From: Deltaproteobacteria bacterium
GTDB taxonomy: Bacteria; Desulfobacterota; Binatia; Binatales; Binataceae
Length of the DNA: 64,000 nt
Reading direction: 5' to 3'
Assembly (NCBI GenBank): GCA_021780755.1
Contig: JAJXYF010000005.1
Location: forward strand, 105,031-169,030
The translations under genes were made by a program, and so were the position numbers. Under the pieces are notes generated by a model, which saw only the letters and a list, made by a program, of their open reading frames with translations, searched no databases and was not told where the DNA came from. Shown here one piece after another: positions 29,987 to 38,496 of this stretch; the stretch's first letter is position 1, and each line of letters begins with the position of its first letter.

Positions 29987-30257
29987 CAGCTAACTCCTTG
30001 GTTGGGCCTGGTTTGCGCGAGCCTTCGACCATTGAGGGGACTGCCAGGAGATGGGAAATGAAGACCGGGTTGTGCTATTTTGTGGCGCATCCCTAGCCGC
30101 AGTATAACTCGCTACGGGAGCCAAGCAAGCAACGATTTCGTTGCCCGCTGCCATTGTCCACAACTTCGTCGCCCGCGCGACCATTCGCGCTTCGATCAAC
30201 GCCGCACGTCGCGCTGATTTTTGCACTACTAATCTGACGCGCGCGCCAGCAGATTAT

Positions 30258-31139
30258 TCATAATCCGTCGAGCCCCGGCGGCACCTCGACCGTAGTCCCC
30301 AATACCAGTCGTCCACGATCGTTAGTTACCTGCGCCGCGAATACGCGCTCGTCATGCGCGAACGACACCCACCAGCGCTCCGCGACCGCGCGCCTCAGGT
30401 AGTCCGCCTTCTGTTCCATCGTGCGGATCGCGTCGAGGTCGTAAGCCTGGTTCCACGGCCCCCGCATATGCGATCGCGTCGGTACGATGTCCGCGAGATG
30501 CACAAAACTCTCGCCGCCCGATCGCACCACTGCCACCTGATGGTCCGCGGTATGTCCGCCCGAGACGATCGCCGACACTCCCGGCACCACCTCCGCGTCG
30601 CCCTCGATCGCCTCGATCATCGCGCGCACCGGTTCCAGGCAATCCGCGATATGGCGATAGGCGGCGCGCAGCCGTTCGTTGCGTGACTCGCGCGCGACTT
30701 CGATCTCGCCCCGCTGCACGATTATCCGTGCGCGCGGAAACGCCGCCTCCAACGCGCCCGACTCGCGCCGCCGCACGATTCCACCGCAATGGTCGAAATG
30801 GAGATGCGACAGAATTACGTGCGTGATGTCTCCCGGTTCCATCCCCAGCGCCCTAAGCCCGTCGATCAGCCACCCCTCCCCGTGATCGAATATTTTGCGC
30901 TCGACCGCGCTCAGCCGGTTGCCGATCCCGGTATCGACCACGATCGCGTCGCTGCCGCGCATGATCAGCGGACAGGTCAGGTTCAGCCGGATGCGGTTCT
31001 GGTCGTCCGCCGGATGTTCGCGCTGCCACAATTCGCGCGGTACCACGCCGAACATGCAGCCGCCGTCATTGCGCCAGATGCCGTCGCTCAGAAACGCGAT
31101 CGTGAAGTCGCCGATTCGAAGTTGCCGCGCTGCTTCCAT
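30258..31139 (-). CDS. MBL-fold metallo-hydrolase
   Basis: HLHFDHCGG zinc-binding motif and overall beta-lactamase-fold pattern. Confidence 0.8.
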   Translation of the reverse strand: MEAARQLRIGDFTIAFLSDGIWRNDGGCMFGVVPRELWQREHPADDQNRIRLNLTCPLIMRGSDAIVVDTGIGNRLSAVERKIFDHGEGWLIDGLRALGMEPGDITHVILSHLHFDHCGGIVRRRESGALEAAFPRARIIVQRGEIEVARESRNERLRAAYRHIADCLEPVRAMIEAIEGDAEVVPGVSAIVSGGHTADHQVAVVRSGGESFVHLADIVPTRSHMRGPWNQAYDLDAIRTMEQKADYLRRAVAERWWVSFAHDERVFAAQVTNDRGRLVLGTTVEVPPGLDGL

Positions 31140-31142
31140 CGC

Positions 31143-31607
31143 TCATGTCCCCGCGAGCCACAGACCCAGGCCCAGTGCGATCGTGCCCAAGGTCGCAATC
31201 GTCCCATAGAGCCGCACCAATCGCCGCGCTGCCGCCGTGCCGCCTTCGGCGCTCTCCGCAAAACTCTCCCGCATCGAGCGCTCGGCCGCGAACGACGCCG
31301 CCAGCATCACGCCCATGAAGAAGAACAGCACCACCTTGAGCGCGACGATTCCCATAAAGGCGGGCGGAAACGGCGTCCGGCGCATCAGCGCGGCCGAAAA
31401 CAGATTGCCCGCCCCGGTCATCGGCACCACCAGCGCCGGCACTACATTGATCCGGTTGATACGCGGGGCCGCGCGCAGCGCGAACTCGCGCCACTCGTCG
31501 GATTCCGCCGTCATCGCGGACGCCGCGAGCAGAAAACTCGCGCAGGTCCCGACCCACATCACGCCGCACAGCACGTGGACCCACAACACTACCGACCTGA
31601 TCACCAT
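31143..31607 (-). CDS. Hypothetical integral membrane protein (about 4 TM, CopD-like topology)
   Basis: Four hydrophobic segments. It lies 3 nt upstream of the MBL hydrolase gene on the same strand. No diagnostic motif was recognised. Confidence 0.45.
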   Translation of the reverse strand: MVIRSVVLWVHVLCGVMWVGTCASFLLAASAMTAESDEWREFALRAAPRINRINVVPALVVPMTGAGNLFSAALMRRTPFPPAFMGIVALKVVLFFFMGVMLAASFAAERSMRESFAESAEGGTAAARRLVRLYGTIATLGTIALGLGLWLAGT

Positions 31608-31738
31608 CGCCTTTCTGACCGTTCTCCTTTCGCGCGCCCCGCCGCGCCGTTTCGCCCGTCGAGACTAGCACGCTCCGGCTGGAACAACGCGCCGAACTCG
31701 GCTAACACACAACCCATCTGCCGCCGAGGAGGCCCGCC

Positions 31739-33133
31739 ATGCTCGACCCTTATCTCAGTGCGTCCGAACTGCGCGAAATGGTCTTGCGCAAGCAAGTCCG
31801 TCCGCGCGAAGTCGCGGAGTTCTTTCTTGCCCGCGTCGAGCGGCTCAATCCCCGCCTCGGCGCCTTCATGACGGTCACCGCCGACCGTGCGCTCGAAGAT
31901 GCCGCGCGCCTCGAGCGGATCGCCGACTCCGATCGCGCCGCGATGCCGCTGTTCGGCGTTGCCTACTCGCTCAAGGACCTCACCTGGACCAAGGGCATCC
32001 GCACCACGCTCGGCTCAAAGAACTACGAGAACTACGTCCCGCGCGCCGACCAGGAATACGCCGCGCGCCTCGCCGCCGCCGGCGGTATCTTGCTGGGCAA
32101 GACCACCACGCCCGAATTCGGCGGCCGTCCGACCACCGAGGGCGGCTTATGTCCGGCGGCGCACAACCCCTGGAACCTTGAATTCACCGCCGGCGGATCG
32201 AGCGGCGGTGCGGCGAGCGCGGTCGCCGCGGGGCTTGGTCCGATCGCCGAGGGCAGCGACGGCGGCGGCTCCATCCGCATCCCGGCCGCATGTTGCGGAT
32301 TGGTCGGCATCAAGCCCGCGCGCGGTCGCGTCTCCAACGCGCCGGTGATGGGCGAAGGGTGGGGCGGTTTCGCCACCAACGGCCCCCTCGCTCGTTGCGT
32401 GCGCGACGCCGCCATGATGCTCGACGTGATGGCGGGGGCTGCCGACGGTGACCCTTACTGGGCGCCGCCTCCCGCCGCTCCCTTCGCCTCGGCCGTCAAC
32501 CAGCGTCCGCGCAAGCTCCGACTCGCCGCGATCTCAGCGAGCTCGCTCGCCCCGGTTGACACCGAAGTGCTCGACGCCTTCGAAACCGCCTGCGCCGCCT
32601 TCCGTGCGATGGGTCACACCGTCGAGCCCATCGCACTCGACCCGGCCGCCTCGCTGCTCGACGTCGCGCGCAATCTCATTTGCGCCGGCATCAGCTCGAT
32701 TCCGCTGAAAGATCTGTCGGTAGTCGATCCGGTCGTGCGTTCCTTCTGGGAGCGTGGCCGCGCGCTCTCCGCCGCCGAGTACATCGGCACCGTCGCGCGC
32801 ATGCACAATACCTCGCGCGAGATCGTGCGCGCGCTGCTGCCCTACGACGCGCTGCTCTCGCCCACCCTGACGCGTCCCCCGATGCGCCTCGGCACCATGT
32901 TCGCCGACGCCGCGAAGTACGCCGACGACCTCTTCGGATGGATCGCGTTCACCTTCCCCTTCAACGCGACCGGCCAGCCCGCCATCGCGCTGCCCAACGG
33001 CTTCACCAAGAGCGGTTTGCCGATCGGCTTGCAGATCGTCGGACGGCCCGCCGACGAGAGCGGCATCATCGCGATCGCCGCCGCTTTCGAAGAAGCCCGC
33101 CCTTGGTCGAACCAGTACCCGCCCCTCAATTGA
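31739..33133 (+). CDS. Amidase (amidase-signature family, GatA-like)
   Basis: AS-family core GGSSGGAASAVAAG ... GSDGGGSIRIPAACCGLVGIKP. Confidence 0.85.
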   Translation: MLDPYLSASELREMVLRKQVRPREVAEFFLARVERLNPRLGAFMTVTADRALEDAARLERIADSDRAAMPLFGVAYSLKDLTWTKGIRTTLGSKNYENYVPRADQEYAARLAAAGGILLGKTTTPEFGGRPTTEGGLCPAAHNPWNLEFTAGGSSGGAASAVAAGLGPIAEGSDGGGSIRIPAACCGLVGIKPARGRVSNAPVMGEGWGGFATNGPLARCVRDAAMMLDVMAGAADGDPYWAPPPAAPFASAVNQRPRKLRLAAISASSLAPVDTEVLDAFETACAAFRAMGHTVEPIALDPAASLLDVARNLICAGISSIPLKDLSVVDPVVRSFWERGRALSAAEYIGTVARMHNTSREIVRALLPYDALLSPTLTRPPMRLGTMFADAAKYADDLFGWIAFTFPFNATGQPAIALPNGFTKSGLPIGLQIVGRPADESGIIAIAAAFEEARPWSNQYPPLN

Positions 33134-33197
33134 CGAGGAGGATCACGACGGCCGCAACTTACCTGCATGACTCGGCATCTACCCGAGCATCGCGAGC

Positions 33198-33310
33198 GCG
33201 TATGAGGTCTTTTGCAAACGCCTCATACGCGCCCACGAAAGGTCTCGACGACGCCATCCGCATGACCGATTTACGCTTATTCATCGTGGGAAGCCTGAAA
33301 CTATAGTTCC
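33198..33310 (+). repeat. TGAAACC-hairpin repeat family, copy A (long form; the central hairpin is deleted, leaving GGGAAGCCTGAAAC fused to TATAGTTCC)
   Basis: It shares the modules CCCACGAAAGGTCTC, CCATCCGCATGACC and TTATTCATCGTGGGAAG with copies B, C, D and l. It is preceded by a perfect 10-bp hairpin GCGTATGAGG (33198-33207) / CCTCATACGC (33221-33230). Confidence 0.75.
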
Positions 33311-33349
33311 GCGCTCCCCGACAACCCTCTCGTGCGCTTCCCCCGCGTC

Positions 33350-34405
33350 CTACGCGCGCGCTTCCAGCACCATGTTGAACGGTGTCTCGGCCGCGCGCCG
33401 TATCCGCGTGAAGCCGCCGGCTCCAATCACCTCGCGCAGTTTCTTCTCGCCCGCCTGTGCACCCAGCGCCGCCTGCCCCTCCTGCGCCAATGAGGCCGGC
33501 GTGCAGATCATCGTCGAAGCCGCATAGATGAACCGCCCGATCGGATTCATATTCTCCGCGACTGAGTCGCCCGCCATCGGCTCCACGATCATCCAGGTGC
33601 CGTCGGGCGTCAGGCTCTCGCGCACATGCGCGGCGGCGCCCGTCGGGTCACCCATGTCGTGCAGGCAGTCGAAAAACGCCACCAGGTCGTAGGTGCCCGG
33701 ATAGTCCTTGGCGACGGCGCGCGCGAAACGCGTATTGCCGCTGACGCCCGCCTCATGCGCCTCCGCGATCGCGTGATCGAGCGACGGCTGATGATAATCG
33801 AAGCCAACGAACTGCGACTTCGGAAAGGCCTTCGCCATCAGAATCGTGGACGCGCCGCGGCCGCAGCCGACGTCGGCGACCCGCGCGCCGCGTTCGAGCT
33901 TTTCGCGCACGCCCTCGAGCGCCGGCAGCCATTCGTTGACCAGATGGGCCGCGTAGCCCGGCCGGAAAAACCGCTCGGTGCCGCGAAACAGCGCCATGTC
34001 ATGTTCGTGCCAGCCGACCCCCGTGCCGCTCCGAAACGCGTCGGTGATCTTGTGTTCATCGCGATGGATCGCGCCGACGATTTCAAACGCTCCCAACACG
34101 CACGCCGGGCTGCCCTCGACCGCCAGCGCCATCCGCTGTTCGGGCGTCATCGAGTAGCGCCCCGCCGCCGCGTCGTATTCGACGTAGCCGGCGGCTGCCT
34201 GCTGCGCCAGCCATTCGCGCACATAGCGTTCCGCGGTTGCCGTCCGCTTTGCGAGTTCCACCGGCGTGACCGGCCCGGCCTCGGCGATCGCGCGATACAA
34301 TCCAAGTTTGTCGCCAACCATCACGAGCGCTGCGCCCGCCGCCGCGCCCAAGTCCCCAACCAGCTTTCCAACCAATGCGTTCAGCTTTGCTTCATCGATT
34401 TCCAT
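33350..34405 (-). CDS. Class I SAM-dependent methyltransferase with an N-terminal winged-helix-like domain
   Basis: Motif I VADVGCGRGAST and DLVAFFDCLHDMGDP. The ATG at 34405 is preceded by GGAGGA. The track extension to 34507 runs into repeat copy B. Confidence 0.8.
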   Translation of the reverse strand: MEIDEAKLNALVGKLVGDLGAAAGAALVMVGDKLGLYRAIAEAGPVTPVELAKRTATAERYVREWLAQQAAAGYVEYDAAAGRYSMTPEQRMALAVEGSPACVLGAFEIVGAIHRDEHKITDAFRSGTGVGWHEHDMALFRGTERFFRPGYAAHLVNEWLPALEGVREKLERGARVADVGCGRGASTILMAKAFPKSQFVGFDYHQPSLDHAIAEAHEAGVSGNTRFARAVAKDYPGTYDLVAFFDCLHDMGDPTGAAAHVRESLTPDGTWMIVEPMAGDSVAENMNPIGRFIYAASTMICTPASLAQEGQAALGAQAGEKKLREVIGAGGFTRIRRAAETPFNMVLEARA

Positions 34406-34459
34406 TTGTGAAATCCTCCGTATCTGAAATCGCGTCCGGCTCCTGCTGCGAGCTCGTTC

Positions 34460-34612
34460 CGGATGCGCCGAACCACCTCTCGCGTAGGCGTCCGCGAAAG
34501 GTCTCACCGACGTGATCCGTATGATCTACCTACCTCTATTCATTGTGGGAAGTTAAGTCCTATAATTGAGGTCAAGACCGTTGGGCTGCTTGAAACCTTT
34601 CAATGGTTTCAC
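34460..34612 (+). repeat. TGAAACC-hairpin repeat family, copy B (long form with about 37-nt insertion between GGGAAG and the hairpin)
   Basis: Modules CCGCGAAAGGTCTC, GTGATCCGTATGATC, CTCTATTCATTGTGGGAAG, then TGAAACC (34591-34597) / GGTTTCA (34605-34611). The HxlR stop codon (34609-34611) lies inside the hairpin. Confidence 0.8.
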
Positions 34613-35136
34613 CCCTCTTTTTGCTCAACGCCCGCTGCGCTCTCTTCCTGTTTCCCGCGCGTGCTCAGGCGTGCCCGCGTCGCGGCTCCGGCGCCCGGCC
34701 CCGGCACCATCATCACATCCGACGGCCCCAACGGCCGGCCGTCGCCGCTGACCACGCTGATCTCCGCGATTTCGCGGCCCGACTCGCGATCGACCACCCG
34801 CACCGGCTCGCGATCGGAACCCGCCACCCAACGGTCGCCCCATTGCATCAGCGCCATCAACACCGGGAAGAAGTCGCGGCCCTTGTCGGTGAGCCGGTAC
34901 TCCAGGCGCCGGCCGCCGTCGGGCGCCGCGATGCGCTCCAGGATGCCGCGGGCGACCAGCTTCTTGAGCCGTGCCGACAGGATGTTGCGCGCGATCCCCA
35001 GATTCTGCTGGAAGTCGTGAAAGCGCCGCGTGCCGAGAAACGCTTCGCGCATAATCAGCATCGTCCACCATTCGCCGACCAGGTCGAGTGCCCGCGCGAT
35101 CGAGCAGTTCATCCGTGCGAAGGTCTTGCGCCGCAT
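34609..35136 (-). CDS. HxlR family transcriptional regulator
   Basis: CSIARALDLVGEWWTMLIMREAFLGTRRFHDFQQNLGIARNILSARLKKLV is the canonical HxlR winged helix. Confidence 0.85.
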   Translation of the reverse strand: MRRKTFARMNCSIARALDLVGEWWTMLIMREAFLGTRRFHDFQQNLGIARNILSARLKKLVARGILERIAAPDGGRRLEYRLTDKGRDFFPVLMALMQWGDRWVAGSDREPVRVVDRESGREIAEISVVSGDGRPLGPSDVMMVPGPGAGAATRARLSTRGKQEESAAGVEQKEG

Positions 35137-35213
35137 ACGATCACGCTATTGCAAAGCGGTTGCATTGGGCAACTCAAGCGCTCCGCCCGGTGACGCCGAT
35201 CTGGTGATTGGGG

Positions 35214-35328
35214 CCACCTTGCGTACGCGGCCACGAAAGCTCTCATCATCGCGATCCGTATGACCTATCTGGGTCTATTTCATTGTGGGAAGGTTGAAAC
35301 CTCTCAAAGGTTTCAATGACCCTTCCCC
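35214..35328 (+). repeat. TGAAACC-hairpin repeat family, copy C (long form, complete extended hairpin)
   Basis: Modules CCACGAAAGCTCTC, GCGATCCGTATGACC and TCTATTTCATTGTGGGAAGG. TTGAAACCT (35294-35302) pairs with AGGTTTCAA (35308-35316). Outer GGGAAGG (35287-35293) pairs with CCTTCCC (35321-35327) across a TGAC bulge. Confidence 0.85.
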
Positions 35329-35499
35329 TTCTCCGGCGCCGCTCTTCCGCGGATGCGGTTGCCACCCGCCCGCGAACCGCCAGTTGCATCAAGAAACCAT
35401 TTTCGCTATTGCTCGATCGATGGCGAGTTGCATCATGAAACTACGATATTGGCGGCCCGCTCGCGCCCGCTATTGGGCGATGCGGGCGTCTTTGCGCTA

Positions 35500-35712
35500 A
35501 CCTGTCGCGCAATCGCCGCCGAACTCGCCCGTGGCGCGACCCACGCGCGCGCGGGGGCCCAGCGCCTGATGTACGGCGGGATGACCGAGTCGCTCGAAAC
35601 CCAAAACGAAAACGAAATCCGCAACATCTACAAGATGGCCGCGACCGACGACACCCGCGAAGCGATCAATGCCTTCAACGAAAAGCGCGCACCCGTCTTC
35701 AAGGGCCGCTGA
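35500..35712 (+). pseudogene. C-terminal remnant of an enoyl-CoA hydratase/crotonase gene
   Basis: The frame ending at 35712 encodes ...AIAAELARGATHARAGAQRLMYGGMTESLETQNENEIRNIYKMAATDDTREAINAFNEKRAPVFKGR. This is the typical last ~70 residues of crotonases (compare the full-length paralog ending EGVRAFLEKRKPLFKGA at 39702). No N-terminal catalytic part is present, and repeat copy C lies directly upstream. Confidence 0.6.
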
Positions 35713-35735
35713 CGCGCGACCCGGAGCCGCAACCC

Positions 35736-36332
35736 ATGGCGAAACAAATCGAGTTCCTCTTCGACTACGGCAGCCCCTTCAGCTACCTCGCGAACATCCA
35801 GTTGCCGGGCTTTGCCAAACGCAACGGCGCCGCCGTCATCTATCGTCCGATCCTGCTCGGCGCCGTGCTCAAGGCGACCGGCAACTCCTCCCCGATGGCG
35901 GTGCCGGCCAAGGCCCGCTATTTCGCCGTCGATATGCGCCGATGGGCCGCGCGCTATGGCGTGATGCTCAAGCTTAATCCGCATCCGTTCATGGCCAACA
36001 CGCTCTCCCTCATGCGCGGGGCCGTTGCGGCGCAGCGCCTCGGCGTCTTCGGCGCCTACCACGACGCCATCTATCGCGCCGCCTGGGCCGAGGGCCTCGA
36101 CTTAGGTGAAAAGGCGGTGCTCGCCGGCGTCCTCCAACGCGCGGGCGTCAACGTCACCGATCTGATCCCCGCTCGCGAACGCCAGGACGTCAAGGACGAG
36201 TTGCGCCGCAATACGGAAGACGCGGTCGCGCGCGGGGCATTCGGCGCACCGACCTTTTTCGTTGGCGACGAGATGTTCTGGGGCAACGACCGCTTTGACT
36301 TCGTCGAGGAGGCGCTGCGCCGCCAGCCCTGA
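35736..36332 (+). CDS. 2-hydroxychromene-2-carboxylate isomerase family protein (DsbA-like fold)
   Basis: IEFLFDYGSPFSYLA ... GAFGAPTFFVGDEMFWGNDRFDFVEEAL is typical of the HCCA isomerase family. Confidence 0.8.
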   Translation: MAKQIEFLFDYGSPFSYLANIQLPGFAKRNGAAVIYRPILLGAVLKATGNSSPMAVPAKARYFAVDMRRWAARYGVMLKLNPHPFMANTLSLMRGAVAAQRLGVFGAYHDAIYRAAWAEGLDLGEKAVLAGVLQRAGVNVTDLIPARERQDVKDELRRNTEDAVARGAFGAPTFFVGDEMFWGNDRFDFVEEALRRQP

Positions 36333-36354
36333 CTGATAGGCAGTACGGAGGATT

Positions 36355-36505
36355 CGTGAAACCTTTGCAAGGTTCGCTGATTCATTCCTTCTCTTCCGAC
36401 ACCTTGCGACGCGCCCACCAAAGGTCTCATGTACGCGATCTGTATGACCCACGTATGTCTAATCACTGTAGAAGTTTTAAAACCTTTCAAAGGTTTCAAG
36501 AATCT
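36355..36505 (+). repeat. TGAAACC-hairpin repeat family, copy D (long form with an extra upstream partial hairpin)
   Basis: Upstream hairpin GTGAAACCTT (36356-36365) / AAGGTTC. Modules CCCACCAAAGGTCTC, GCGATCTGTATGACC and TCTAATCACTGTAGAAG. Terminal hairpin AAACCTTTCAAAGGTTTCAAG (about 36478-36500). Confidence 0.8.
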
Positions 36506-36545
36506 CCCTCTTCAGCCTTATTGAATCTTTAAAGGAGCATCTCCC

Positions 36546-37265
36546 ATGTCCACCACGCAGAAGCCCGTCGCGGTAGTCGTCGGCGTAGGCCCCGGACTCG
36601 GCACCGCGTTGGTCCGCCGCTTTGCCGCCGAGTACACGGTCGCGATCGTCGCCCGCAACGCTGACTACCTGGCCAAGGTCGCCGGCGAAATCGCCGCGAG
36701 CGGCGGACGCGCCCATCCGGTGCCCGCCAACACCGCCGACGAGAGCGCGATCGTCACCGCCTTCGAGACCGTCCGCCACGATCTCGGCGATCCCGAGGTA
36801 CTGATCTACAACGCCGCGATGCGCCCCTTTGGCCGTCTGATGGAGACCAAGCCGAGCACCTTCGAGAACACCTGGCGCGTCAATGCGTTCGGCGCGTTCC
36901 TATGCTCGCAACAGGTGGTGCCCGCGATGGTCACGGCGGGGCGCGGCACGATCCTTTTTACCGGCGCCACCGCGGGCATCAAACCCTACCCGACCTCGGC
37001 CGCGTTCGGCCCGGCCAAGTTCGCGATGCGCGGGTTGGCGCAGGTCATGGCGCGCGACCTCCAGCCGCAGGGAATCCACGTCGCCTACATCAACGTTGAC
37101 GGCGCGATCGACATGCCTTTTATCCGCCAACGTTTCCCCGAGTTGAAGGCGGAGGACATGCTCAAACCCGCCGCGATCGCCGACGCCTACTGGTTCGTCG
37201 CGCATCAGGATCGCAGCGCCTGGACGCACGAACTCGACGTGCGCCCCTTCAAGGAAAAGTTTTAG
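36546..37265 (+). CDS. SDR family oxidoreductase
   Basis: N-terminal dinucleotide-binding VVGVGPGLGTALVRRFA and a Y-x3-K region (AAFGPAKFAMRGL). AAAGGAG lies 8 nt upstream of the ATG. Confidence 0.8.
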   Translation: MSTTQKPVAVVVGVGPGLGTALVRRFAAEYTVAIVARNADYLAKVAGEIAASGGRAHPVPANTADESAIVTAFETVRHDLGDPEVLIYNAAMRPFGRLMETKPSTFENTWRVNAFGAFLCSQQVVPAMVTAGRGTILFTGATAGIKPYPTSAAFGPAKFAMRGLAQVMARDLQPQGIHVAYINVDGAIDMPFIRQRFPELKAEDMLKPAAIADAYWFVAHQDRSAWTHELDVRPFKEKF

Positions 37266-37334
37266 CGTGCGATTCGTTCGACCCTCTTGTCATTCTTGTA
37301 TGTAGAATCTGGCAGATCGACGAGATTATCGCGT

Positions 37335-37478
37335 GGGGCGAAGGGCGCTCTGCGCGAGCGATTGAAGGCCCATCGCAAGGCCGGCGCGAACCACTTCTTC
37401 ATCACGCCGCTCAACCCGGGTAATGGACTCACGCCGGGGATGGGCGCGGTGGAAGCGCTCGCGCCCGCACGCGGCTGA
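37335..37478 (+). pseudogene. Possible C-terminal remnant of a luciferase-like (LLM) oxidoreductase gene
   Basis: The frame encodes ...GALRERLKAHRKAGANHFFITPLNPGNG..., resembling the C-terminal 'xxRLxAyxxAGvdHlil.P' end of LLM/F420-dependent oxidoreductases. There is no upstream LLM barrel sequence. Confidence 0.35.
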
Positions 37479-37520
37479 CGGCGACGCGTTAGTCGAATTT
37501 GCACGAAGCGTGCGCGCGGG

Positions 37521-38339
37521 TCAGTTGCGCAGCCAACTCGTGATGCGCTGGTGGATACCAATGGGATCGGCGGCGGGATAGTTGTGGCCGGCCTCCGGAA
37601 TCATGAAAAGTTCCGCGTTGCGAACGCGCTCCTTGATCAACGCGGCGTTGCCTGGCGGCACGATGATGTCCTTGCCGCCGTGCACCACCATCACCGGACA
37701 TTCGATCTGATGCAGACGATCCAGGGTGTCGAATTCCGCCAGGCCCGCGGCAAGTTTGTCCGGGGTCTCCGGTGGAGTCGGCGGCGCCAGTGTCATCCCG
37801 AGGCGCATGAACTGCTTGAGTTCGGGATGCGCCGCGATGAATTCCGGCGGATAGAGCAGCGGCAGTACCATCTCGATGCCCGCGTCGGGATCCTGCGACA
37901 TCAGCTTGGAGCCGGCGACCAGCGCATGCAGAACCTCGTCGGCGGGCCGCACCGCATCGGCGCCGCCCGGCGTGGTGCATCCGAGCACCATCATCGCGAC
38001 CTGTTCGGGATGCCTCAGGGCGAGTTCCTGCGCGATCATCCCGCCCATCGAGATGCCGTACACGCGGACGCGTCGGAGGCCGAGTGCGCGGATCAGGTTC
38101 GAGGCATCCTCGGCCATGGTGGCGACGGTGTAGGCGCCGGCCGGCTTATCGGACAGGCCGGTACCGCGATTATCGAAGTAGATGCTTTGGAAGCCGGAGA
38201 GCAGAGGGAGCATCGGGAGCCACGCGGCACCGGGCATCGCAAAGCCCATGATCAGCAGCAGCGGATCGCCTTGGCCGGCTATCTCGTAGTTTATGTTGAC
38301 GCCGTTGGAACTGAATTGAGGCATTGCCGCTGCACCCAT
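37521..38339 (-). CDS. Alpha/beta hydrolase
   Basis: Nucleophile elbow GISMGGMIAQELAL, HGGKD and a C-terminal GHNY catalytic His region. Confidence 0.8.
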   Translation of the reverse strand: MGAAAMPQFSSNGVNINYEIAGQGDPLLLIMGFAMPGAAWLPMLPLLSGFQSIYFDNRGTGLSDKPAGAYTVATMAEDASNLIRALGLRRVRVYGISMGGMIAQELALRHPEQVAMMVLGCTTPGGADAVRPADEVLHALVAGSKLMSQDPDAGIEMVLPLLYPPEFIAAHPELKQFMRLGMTLAPPTPPETPDKLAAGLAEFDTLDRLHQIECPVMVVHGGKDIIVPPGNAALIKERVRNAELFMIPEAGHNYPAADPIGIHQRITSWLRN

Positions 38340-38496
38340 TCACTCGCGAATTGTTACGGGAATATTACACGGGCACGCGCCCGGAATCATCCATCCGGCC
38401 GCAACGGAAACGGAGCGCGCAGTTCGGGACGACCTGCGCCCGCGCACTGCGCGAACTCACCCGTATGGACAGCAGGGGGGCTAAGCGCGGGGCGAG

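Noticed and set aside
30083-30097. A sigma54-like element TGGCGC-N5-TAGC (GG and GC at the correct 10-nt spacing) in the prkA upstream region.
   Set aside because: It is on the + strand and points away from prkA into the 3' end of the minus-strand MBL hydrolase gene. There is no gene for it to drive.
33229-33306. Apparent conserved peptide across copies A-D (A: APTKGLDDAIRMTDLRLFIVGSLKL-stop; B: ASAKGLTDVIRMIYLPLFIVGS-stop).
   Set aside because: Copy B has an in-frame TAG immediately upstream. Copy C carries a 1-nt insertion that breaks the frame before FIVG. C and D differ by a 1-nt indel upstream. Conservation is therefore at the nucleotide level, not at the protein level.
33198-36505. Canonical integron attC sites for copies A-D and the short-form copies.
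   Set aside because: The element ends read GTTGAGG ... CCTCAAC, whereas attC reads RYYYAAC at the 5' end and GTTRRRY at the 3' end. The last core position does not fit R/Y rules, flanking ORFs face both directions, and no intI is present. The cassette-like layout is kept only as an analogy in the findings.
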